From NCBI GenBank assembly GCA_002633005.1, contig NMRA01000553.1, positions 124,161-188,160 on the forward strand: a DNA stretch of 64,000 nucleotides. The letters are read 5' to 3'. The notes beneath the pieces were generated by a model. That model was not told where the DNA came from and did no database searches. It was given only the letters and a program-made list of their open reading frames with translations. Positions 12,301 to 24,300 of this stretch are shown piece after piece. The DNA is from Phoronis australis (Eukaryota > Animalia > Phoronida). Each line of letters begins with the position of its first letter. Positions within the stretch are counted from its first letter, which is position 1. The translations under genes and the position numbers were made by a program.

Positions 12301-15300
12301 TGCCCCGCCTACCAGTCCTACTCACGTCATGCGCAGCCACATCTGCCTCCAACAACTGATGTTTCTTCATCAAGTTCTGCACGGACGCCAGATCCTTGCC
12401 ATGATCGTCAGATGACAACAACTGCTCGACCTCGCCCAGCCAGAACTCGACGTCCTTGACCCCTGCGTTGAACGTCTGCTGTCTGTTGGCCTCCTTCAGC
12501 TTGAGGCTCTTCTCTGTCGACAGCGTGATAAGATAATCCCACTGCTGTGACAGGTTCTTGACGCGCTCACGCACCGCATCCTCAGAACCGGCGCACTGGT
12601 TATTGTCACTCAACGCTGTAGAAGAATGACAAGGTGTTGCGGGATACATGGCTGACTTTGGATGATCATAATTTATCGCAAAATTATTCGCATCAACCAA
12701 TATCATGAATACATGTGAATAGCGTTATATGGTGTAAATAGATATGAGTTAATGGTCCAAGTCAACCATGACAATTAATATGTTTTATCAATCGTAAATG
12801 ATAACTGATCAAAAGAGGTTTTCATTAATGATACCATGAATGATGGATGGTCAAACTGACAATCATTAGCTTTATGTGAATTCCTATCTACCAAAGTGTG
12901 GGTGTATATATTGTTGCTGTAGACAGAAGATCAACCTCTATTCTTTAAATTGGCAATAGATGCAAAGTGCCCACATTTTAAAAACCAGTTTTCTCCACTG
13001 AATAATGGGCACTGGTTTTCAAAATGTTGACACGATGTATTTGACTACTGCCTTTAAAGTATGTAACTTATTTTTCCACAATTTATTTTTTTTCAAAGAC
13101 AGAGGGCACCACTGGATCAATACTCTGGTTAGGAGTTAGTATGAAGAGCCATATCCAGAACTGCACACAAGCAACCAATAATGAAACAAATTTATTTACT
13201 CAATCCCACTCGCTGAATTGGCTTACGCTTGTCCACTACATATAAACTTGCAAGTGCTGCACATGGACTGAAGACCGTATCTTTGTGAGAGGTAGACTCG
13301 CAATACATTTCGCTCATCAATCAAAGTGAGTGAAACACCCCCTCCGAGTCATGTACATCGCATGCACCAACACACCAAGTGGCGAATTGCAGCGATACAA
13401 AACAAGTCTCAGACCGATTCCCCTGCGCAACAGCAAAAGAAGAATATCGCACAAACCAACTGCGTACTGCACAATTCCAATCGCTACATCCACAATAATG
13501 TGCCTACAAACCACACCATGCAAAACAATTTAACAAGAACAGCGGACATCCGTGCTCTCGGATTTGAGATACACAACTTTTGACTTGGCAATAGTAAAAT
13601 CTCTTATCGTCGAGATGGTTAGACCTTTCACACTCTCTCCCCAGCCGTCGACTAAAGCGAGGACCAGAACCATGTCCACACATGCTATACAATCCTGTAC
13701 ATGTATACACAATCCGAGCATCATAAATATTTCGTGAATCAGTCGGCATGCCTTTAGTAGTGAAGTGATGCAATAATTGGGCAAACCATGACAACTCAAC
13801 CGTTCTCAGTAATACACTCCTAGAGGAACAGTCTACTACGAAGCACATAACTCACAAAGTCATGGACTGCAAAAGCGTGGCATTCTACCATTAAAATAGC
13901 ATTGAAACTCAAGTATTTCATTTCGCAGTTAAAGCAATCTTCATTTCCCAAAGTGACCTTGACCTCTGAAGGGGACAAGGCATTCAAATTAACATATCCC
14001 ACTCAACAAACAGCTCATGCCGTGAGTCACATCTAGAGAGAGATTGCGGTAAAATCACCTGGACCAGTGAACTCTGGAAAATAGGGAAGGCCAGACGCTA
14101 TTAAAAAGATAAGCCAGACACCAGTAAAATAGTGGCCAACTTGTTGCCTTTCCATTGGATAACATCTGCGATGGATGTGAATTTTCCACCCATTAGAGTA
14201 TCTTCATTCATAAATTGTAAACTTAAAACTGGACACATACACAATCCGTCCTCTCAAAGCCCTTGCTCACGTGAAGGGAAGCTACCTGTGCCAGCTGAGA
14301 GGTGACTTTTTGGTTGAGGGTGAAATACCCCCTCCCTCCGGACACCAGTGGCTCAAGTAACCAAAGCTATCACTAACTAGAAGAGATTGTAACCTTGAGA
14401 ATTTTTAATCATAGAAGGGGAATTTTTGGACTTGATGAGGGGAATTTTACTTTCATATGGGAATGGGGGCCAACATTCCCCATCCCCCAAAACTGAGACA
14501 CCAGAGGCTGTGTCATACCAGACTTAGAGAAATGTAGCAGGCAAACAGACTTGATCATGTGTTGCCAATGACTGAGCAGTTGGTCAGAGAGGCAACTGAC
14601 CTGTCATGATTACAGGTCACATTGCCTGATTGGGTTGGTTGTCCAGGAAGGTCATAGGTCACGCAACCAGAGTGTCTAGTTATAAAATGAGTGGCCAGTG
14701 AAGTTTGCCTATTTGTCATTGCAATAGCTTCAAATATACCTCAAGATTCAGGGAGTGACCACAGACAATTACGGTCCAGAATCAACCATCTTGGAAAGGC
14801 TGGTAAGTTAGCGCCACAAATTAAAGCAAAAATTCGAACAAGTGACTTTGTTTTCAGTGTTTTGCTTCACCGTTACAGTAGCGCAGAAATGACAGCAGCG
14901 AGAGGACAAAAGCACACATATAGACATCATTAATAAGGGTGAGACGATTTGCTGAATTGCAGTCAAATTGCAATGCAGAAGCAACTGATCTTGATGACAA
15001 TACACCAATACCCATTTCGATTAGATTCTTCGTTTCCAATTTTCACTGTTAGTAGTCTGACTTACAAAGTTACGACTAATTTGTATCATTTGTAGTCAAG
15101 TATTTTTTGAGATACTGAACAAATAAACAGCTAGGGACCATTAATTAGTAAAAATCTTATCATATTCAAAAACTTTTTAACGCAACTTTTTGAAAATACA
15201 ATTTTCATTACTACTGGTATTGTATAGTCATAAAAACAAGAATGGCTAGGTTCACCCCCTCCTTGGAGTCTACGCCTTCACCGAGGCAACTGTAGTTTGA

Positions 15301-18300
15301 GAAAAAATGAATTAAACTGATGAACAAGAATCAAATTGAAAATAAACAAATTCCTCCTAAACTGAATCGGATAGTGTATCGTCCCACCCCTAAATACTAA
15401 CATGTCAAAGCAGTAAAGATGCACAGTTCCATATTAAGCGCAACTTTCCAAAAAGAGAGGCAATGGTAGAGGGATTGAACAAGTTATTGGCCTTAAGCAA
15501 GGCAGAAACTGTCGACTCAAGCTGGAAATTTTATAGCCAAATGAGAAAATCACCTATCAAATTGTCCGAGCTAGAAATCGATACTGAATTCGGAGGATAC
15601 AGAGCTGAATTCTCGGAAATAACCTTCACCAGACACAGCCTGACAAATCTAGAAATTGAAGGGACCCAATGACTGGATAAGAGAATCCGCTCAGACCAGG
15701 AGGGCTACTCGACACAAAGAAAGCTACACAAATCTGAAAGCGGGACAATGGAAGGCAAGTTGTGTGTCTTTAGTACATCTAAGGTTGATCTACTCGCACA
15801 TCGGCAGGCTACACCTCTCCATACTCAAATAAGAGGGTACTAAAAATAATGTAAGAAGGAAAATTTTAGGTACCTAGATCACAAAATTTTTTAGATAACT
15901 GAAGCACAAAAATTCCAATTAAATATGATCACAAAAATTTCAGATGAATGTGCTCCTAAAATTCCTGATGAAAATGCTCCAAAAATACCAGATAAATATG
16001 CTCTAAAAATTCAGGATAAACGAGCAACAAACAAAAAATCCAGATAATATGACAACTCAGCATATCTGCAATTTCAATTGCCCCTACTGTGTTCCTTGAA
16101 AATTCGAAACAACCATAATCACGGTGGCATAAAAATTCCAGACAACCACCTAAAAATCCGGAAAACTGTGCGCCATGTGAACGCATTCACTTACTGTTGC
16201 CTGTGTTGATGACCTGGGTGAGACGTTCAGAGTTGGCGGCCAGCTCCGCCTCAAACGCCTGGTGTTTCTGGTGCTTAGCCTGGATGTTGGTCGGGTCTTT
16301 GTAGGACTCGTCCAGCGCAACCTGCATCTTCTCCGAGATCCAAACCTCAATGTCCTCAGCCTCGCGCACAAACTGTTGCAGCGTTTGCGCCTCGCCCAGC
16401 TTGGAGCGGTTCTCAATCAGGGCGCCCTTCAGGCTGTGCCATCTGTAGGGAGGAAAAATCGTTGTACAGACTGAAGCATTGAGTTAAGTTTGAAACAACA
16501 GCAAAAAACATGGGCAGAAGTAGAATTAATTACCACAAATTCCCGAATTACCTCTGCAGCCCTAAAAAGAATAAACCACAGTTTGGCAAGTAAAGCTCTT
16601 ATTTAACCAATGTCAATCAGAGTTGAAGGCCTTTCATTTCATTAATCACCACTTACCAGGTACCAGTCATTTAATGAGGTTCCGCATTCTGAGAACCAGT
16701 TTTCTCCACTGAATAATGGGCATCAAACTGGTTCTCAAAATCCTGGACCCTATAAGTCCTACTGCGGCTTACTCTCTGGCGAGCAGAATGCAAGAGAATG
16801 GGTTGTGTGCAAAAAACAAAATCTAGCATTAACAATTAGCATTACTATAACCATTCAATTATTGTTATCTGATAAGAACTACAGAGGTCCCCGTGATACC
16901 AGACACTGTGTGACACTCAAGTTAATGGCATCAACAGAAAATGAAATGATGCAGAATTTCGAAATAAATAAATTTTAATGCATGCGAACAACATCGTGTC
17001 AGTGAACATATTTTATCAATCCTTAAGACAGTAGCCTGAAACACAGCTAGTTGTTCTCAAGACGTCATCAACAAGACCATTACAAGAGAAGCACGGGGTT
17101 GACTGTCAGCAGTTAGCGTCCATACGACACAACACGTGTGCCGTGAATGGTATTCCCGTCTGTACCATTTACAAATAACGCACCGCAGTTTGAACACTGA
17201 TTGTTGTCGTTATTATTTTGGTAATGTCCACTCACCTGTCCAGCACCTGCTCTTTCTTGTCCGCGATGGCCGGCGCATCGTAGTGGTCAGCAGCGCATAG
17301 CTGGTCGGCAAACTGTTCCAGGGCTACGATCTTCTCCTCCTGTTGGACAAACGGAGAATTAGAGATGTTAAACAGTGGACACGTGACACACCGACATGAC
17401 AGGTTGCCTTCATAACCACACCGACCAGAAACAATTGGATAAAAAATATACTATCAAATGCAGTCTTGTGAAGCTAACATCTTGTTAATTAAACAAATAT
17501 TTAAGAAAATATCTTGATTCAAAAAGCTGAATGGCCCTCATGCAATCTTGTGCATTTAAGGGATTATAAAATCGACAGGCAATTGATACCAATTTGAATA
17601 GGCGACTCGGGACGGTCTACCATAACGTAAGTAGCACAATGAACTCAATCGAGATTGCGAAAGTCAAATTATTTTTGGAAACAAACAATATGCAAATCCC
17701 TGTAATAATATTAAACAATATTTAATGACGTGTACAGCACTTCACCTATTGAAGGAAAATGGAGACGATAAGCCCGGTAAAACTTGAGAAATTCGAACAT
17801 AGGAGAGTATGACTAATAAGAAAAAAATGTTTACCGAGAACCTCAACACGAGAATATTGCTACTGCAACCAGCACAACCAACTACTACAATTACTAGTCA
17901 CGAAACATACCTGTGCACTGATGGCCCTGTCAAAGTCCTCGTGCCTCTTGATCATATTATCTACACTGTCTCCGTCGATAGCATCGTCGCCTCGTAGCGA
18001 AGCTTCACGTGTCGCCATCCATGTTTCCGCCTGCTCGCTGTCACGGTTGAACAGCTGAAGTTCCAGATTCTGGTCCAAGGTCATACGGCGCTTTATCCAT
18101 GCCCTGCACATGATACACGGTGGTTGTTATAGAGGGTGACGTTTGCTCAAAAGGAGGACGGCACAGACCATTTAAAATAAAGCTAGTGAAACATGTTAAA
18201 AAATTCTGACAACAAAGGAGAGTTGAAATATTCCACATCAGTATAACCGAACTACAAAAGTTAAACATTTTGTATTGCTCAAGAGGTACAAAGAATCAAT

Positions 18301-21300
18301 CGCAGACAGCATGCACTTTACACCAACACCATAACTAGGCAGCATTACTGACTACCCTGAGGCTACTTAACATCATTACTAGACACAATATGATGTTCGT
18401 TCTTCAAGCAGGAGCAGGCCACTCCCACTCACTTCTCCAGCTGTACCTGCATACAACCAACCACTGAGCACTAGACCCAACCCCCAAGATACATGGCTCT
18501 ACTCACAGTTCCTCCCACTTGCTACTCCAACTGTGCCTGCATACCGCCACCCACTGAACACAGGCCCCACCCACCCCATCGTTACATAACTCTATAATTA
18601 CAGTTCCTCCCACTCGCTTCTCCAACTGTGCCTGCATACCGCCACCCACTGAACACAGGCCCCACCCACCCCATCGTTACATAACTCTATAATTACAGTT
18701 CCTCCCACTTGCTTCTCCAACTGTGCCTGCATACCGCCACTTATTCAACACAGGCCCCACCTCCACGTTACATAGCNGTTTGCTCAAAAGGGGGACGGCA
18801 CAGACCATTTAAAATAAAGCTAGTGAAACATGTTAAAAAATTCTGACAACAAAGTAGAGTTGAAATATTGCACATCAGTATAACCGAACTACAAAAGTTA
18901 AATATTTTGTATTGCTCAAGAGGTACAAAGAATCAATCGCAGACAGCATGCACTTTACACCAACATCACAACTAGGCAGCATTACTGACTACTCTGAGGC
19001 TACTTAACATCATTACTAGACACAATATGATGTTCGTTCTTCAAGCAGGAGCAGGCCACTCCCACTCACTTCTCCAGCTGTACCTGCATACAACCAACCA
19101 CTGAGCACTAGACCCAACCCCCATGATACATGGCTCTGCTCACAGTTCCTCCCACTTGCTTCTCCAACTGTGCCTGCATACCGCCACCCACTGAACACAG
19201 GCCCCACCCACGCAATCGTTACATAACTCTATAATTACAGTTCCTCCCACTCGCTTCTCCAACTGTGCCTGCATACCGCCACTTATTCAACACAGGCCCC
19301 ACCTCCACGTTACATAGCTCCACCCACAGATCCTCCCACTCACTTCTCCAACTCCTCCCTGGACTGAGCCAGGTCATCCAATTTTTCCTTGACCTCGTCT
19401 GAGGCGTAGTGTCCATTCTGTAACAGCTGGTTGCCAAACATCTCAAATGCCTGGAAAGTGCCGGAACGCGCATCAATCTCCAGACGGTGTTCCTACAACA
19501 GGTACAAAAATGTAGCCAGTCTGCACGTGGTCAGTTGTCACAGTACGACAAACGGCGTTTTAAATAGATAGCTAAACAGGCCTCGCCCAAGGTACTGTTG
19601 TTTTGGATCTGGTTGGAGGACCGTCTTAAGTGCTATGTTAAACACAATTCAGGGTGTCTGAGTTACACCTTAGACCGATGGAATATTTGTTTCGTCTTAG
19701 TGTGACCAGACAGTCAAAATTTTTACCCATTTCTCATTAATATTCAGTGTGGGTGTGAGATTAAGTCACCAAATTAAGTGTTTTATTTGCAATCCTTGGT
19801 CAAATAGATACCACAATACAATTTCCCCTTCTCCTTGGATGGCCCCAATTCATTGACTAATTTTGCAACTATCATCTTCTGAGGCATAACAGGGCACAAG
19901 TAGAATCCGTACAAGACACAACCCACAAGCTTTTGACACAAAGTTGGTGTGTATTCTGTGCTGATATTTATTTGTTGCATGCGAGCAGTAAAGAACACTG
20001 GCCTTCCTCATACAAAAGAGAAATTTTTTAGCTGTACTTCCACACACACAGTGCAAGACAAAAGTAAACACACAAAATACCGTTTTACAGGTCACGATAG
20101 CTAATTTTGTTGACAGCAAAAATTACTGGTAATATCTAAGGTGGCAAAATTCTAATGACAGAATGGCTTAGCCACCATCCTAACTTTCCTGTTGATTCCC
20201 CTTTATTCTCGGTCATCAGGGGAGATTACCCTGACATTGAATTTGGCTTCCTCCTAGCTGTCATAACGGGGAATTCTGGGTCATTTTGTTTGAATACTTT
20301 GGCTTGTGCTGTATCAAAATGAACAAAAAAATAAACAAAAAAATTTTACTGAACGACATGCTGGTGATATGAGATTGGAATATTAGCAGAAATTTTTTAG
20401 TTCCTTCAACAGTTGATGACAAAATCTCTAACTTCAGGAAGTGCCATAAGACGTTCACATCCTATCATGTTATTTACGTAATAACAACACAATAACGACT
20501 ATAAATGGCTTCACAAAGAACTAAATGTTAGCAATCCAAGACTAATATGCATCCCAACTAACACTGTCAGGGAGGAAACCACACTTGACTATCGTCGAGT
20601 TTCTAGCACTTAATATCTTTGTTGGACAATTCATCAAACATAATATGCTTAAAAAATATGCATATAGTGGAATTTTTTTCTTTTGTCTTCGGCAATAATC
20701 AACTACACTGCAAAAATGAACACAGGAAGTCGAACCAAAATGAGTCAAAACAAATTCATAATGAATACGCTAAAGGGCAGTCACTCTATCAAGCACATAA
20801 AGTTAGTATTTAGTTAATTTAAACTTAAGCTTGGCATGACTGAACAACTGATTAAACAAGCTAATTTGCTAACTTTACTAATTAATTAATTAACTGATTA
20901 GACTTCATAGGTGTCCTTTGCTAAAAATGCCAAACTAAGACAAAACGCAGCAATTTGAAACAAGTGAACCATGCGCTTGAACCGTGTGCAGATAACAAGT
21001 GAACACAAAACGGTAAGCTTAGACAGTCTAGACTGAATTTGATAATGTAGCCAGGAAAGCGTGCATGCCTGTGGAAAGCATTAACATGCTGACAGACAAG
21101 TGAAACAGTCTGAAATAGTGCCCGCGATGGCTTGCTTCATTGTTCCAACCAATGTCGGACTTCACGTAAAATCCGATCACTCGAATCCTCTCAACTGTAC
21201 ATCGTTAAGACGTAATATTTTGTAACTGAAAATTAATAAGGCAAAAAGTTTCAAGTTTGAGATTTGCGCCCAAACACAGTCGAATTTTGATTTTCTTTTT

Positions 21301-24300
21301 ATGTACCAACTGCCGTGTGAACTGACCACTAGCCAGCACACTTTACCGTTATTGTCCAATAGCGCTCAACAAACTTTAGCTCTACGGTGTTAAAATTTTC
21401 TGCATAATTGTGCAATACGAATTGAACAATGTCTTGTCAATTCTTTTTGAAAATACAAACGTGCAATCACAAATGAGCAAGTGACAAGAGAAACAGCGTG
21501 GCTGCGACAAAGTACCATAGCCCTGAAGTACAGCCCCCATTTCATAAGTAGCTTGTGTCACATCCAATAGAACCCTTTGCCAGACAAAACAGGTCAAGAA
21601 TCGAGCTCCTAACTTAGATTTAACCAATGTGTACAGTACGTGACAGCACACCCAACAACATTGTAAGTATATTTAAACAGGGCTTGGAATGACGGATGAC
21701 GAAAAAGAGGAAAATTTTCCCGGTGATGTAATACACAATTCGGCTTGTGTGTTAGAAATGTTTTTGTGTTGTAAAATTGAACTGTAATGAACATCTTTGC
21801 ATGAATAAGGTCGAACTAATGACAAAAAAAGAGATGGAAAAAGAGGAAACTGGAAATCAAATTAGAGGAAATCGAAACCAAAAAAAGAGGAATCATTTTA
21901 AAAGAGGAAAATTTCAAGCCCTTATATTGGTGGCTTCAGACTACACGTTTTACAGTCCCATGCTGTGCTAATCACGTCAAGCTGAATTTGAACACTTTAA
22001 ACTAAAATAAATCAAGGTAACAGGCAGAAAATCTTCTCGTTGAAACGACGAATGAACTCAACTCGGCCAGTGCTGCCATCATGTGGAATCGGGTATTTTG
22101 ACTTGCCGTATTAAAGAGGCGAAACGAAGGGTTCTATCCCAAACACGAACCCAAACAGTGAATTTGAATGAGAGCGTTGCATGAGGCTTTAATATCTTTC
22201 ATTTAAGATGATGTACACATATACCGTCTTTGCTTCAACATCTATCTAAATCTACAAACAAAGCTTCTTAACAAACATTATGACACAAGGGGATGTTTGC
22301 CACTGAAGCAACTGAGCTGGTGAAGGCAACAAGTTGACAAAACAAGTCAAGGAGACATTTTATCAATGGTTGTATACCCAGATGTAATCAAGATGGTCGA
22401 TGGCAAATAATTGACCTATCGCAAGCTCCGTCCCCTTGCGAAATGTCGACAAACAAACAATAAGTTTTACCCGGCAACATGTTGTTTGTCGGGTAAAATG
22501 ACGGCTTGGAAACGAAAGTGTGTCAAGAATGCTGCGTTCTGATTGGTCACTTAAGCCGTCACTCAAAGTCCTGACAATGGTCAATTGCAAACACAATGAC
22601 CAACCTTTTGTACCAGGGAAAAACTTTTTAGCAGCTAAAGGTGAATTAGGGTCCAATTTGTATTCATAATTAATGGCCATCTTTACATCCAGGATGGGAA
22701 GGTCTTAGCAACAACGGGTATTCAACAGTTGATAAATCACGCTCCTGATCTGCAGAACAAATGAACTACTATGACAATGTAGTGAAGAACAGGGACGATG
22801 CAATCATGCAGTAACTCATGCGGAAAGCTCTCGCCAGTAGCCCCACCTGTGGCATCTGCTCCGTCTCGCCATAACGAATGTCTATTTCCTTCCGGAAAGC
22901 CTTGACGGGCACAGAACACAAGTAAACAGTCGAGCAACGACGCAACATAAAACACTAGAGGGCAGTTAAGCTGCCAAAGGCAAAAACTTAAAGTAAGGGC
23001 CTAGTAATGACTTAACAATGAAATTATAACAGAATCGAAACGAAAGGCGGGCATTTCAAACTTAGGACAGAAAAGCAAAATAGGCTGCCCAAAGAGCTGT
23101 GTTTGTATCGTGACCGCCTTGTGGAAATGTAAACAACAGATCGACAACATACAAAGCCAGAGTAACGAATTAAAACTCAAGTGGCAGTTACAGAGACTAC
23201 AACTAAAACAATCATTGATCAACTTATCGGGTTATTGTAACTTAGAATTTAAAACTAAATCAAAAAACCCAGTCTTAATTTGACTCCCAAAGAATTAAAC
23301 CCTAAGTTAATTTTCCAATGCCCAACATTAAGAAATAATGAAGTTTACCCATATCAAAACAAACCCAAGGAGGAAGTTAATAGGGATTTTCCTAAAATTG
23401 AGATTTTGAGAAATGTACATGCTTGCTAGCGGAAGAATCAACGGCCAGCAGGTGCTTTTAAAATCATCTTTATATATGCCAGGGAAAATAATTTATGGGA
23501 GAACAAAATCGAACAGCCACAAGCGTATTTTTTGTACAAGGAGTTGTCAAAAAAGACAATGTATGTATGATTATGAGATGTTGAATAAATACGCATAAAT
23601 GTGACGCTATTTGATTTAGGTTTCCTATAAGAGAAATATCGAGACTGAGGCGGGTGAACCACAGCTGACACCGGGGGTGACACAGTACATACCTGATGTC
23701 TCTCCAATAGGGCTTCAGCACCAGTCACATCCTTGGCTAGCTCATCACTGGACACCAGTGTCTGCATGCTGCTAATCCAAGACATCAGGTCTCTGTAGGG
23801 CAAATATAGTATTTATCAATGTCTACATTGTAAAATCTATCATGCTATGTCATAGTAATAATGTTGGCCCAGCCATAAAGATTTCTTTTCAACAAACCAC
23901 TTGGCACACCTTAATTACCTTGGCTGTGGATGTTTATGCTTCTCTTAGAGTAGTTTTCAAAAAGTCAACAAGATCCCTTAATTTAAGTCAAAACACAGCA
24001 TCATTTCTTAGCAAACAAGTTTTTAATCTGATTTCATTTCAGGGTTACACAGATTCACAAACATGACTCACCTACTGCCAAACACAGTGTACGCAGCTAA
24101 GCACGGGTCAGCACGCTGCATTCATCACAGCCAGGAGCCATGTTTATAAAAGAGAATCCAATGTTCAAGACGACGCGTCACGTCTCCCATGCTTATCGTT
24201 GACTATCCTAGCCTCATTTTCATTTGAATGGAATGAAGTTTGAGCTGGCAGCGATATTTGAACCACACAATCCGAAAGAAAATGTAAGTCATGACCACTG

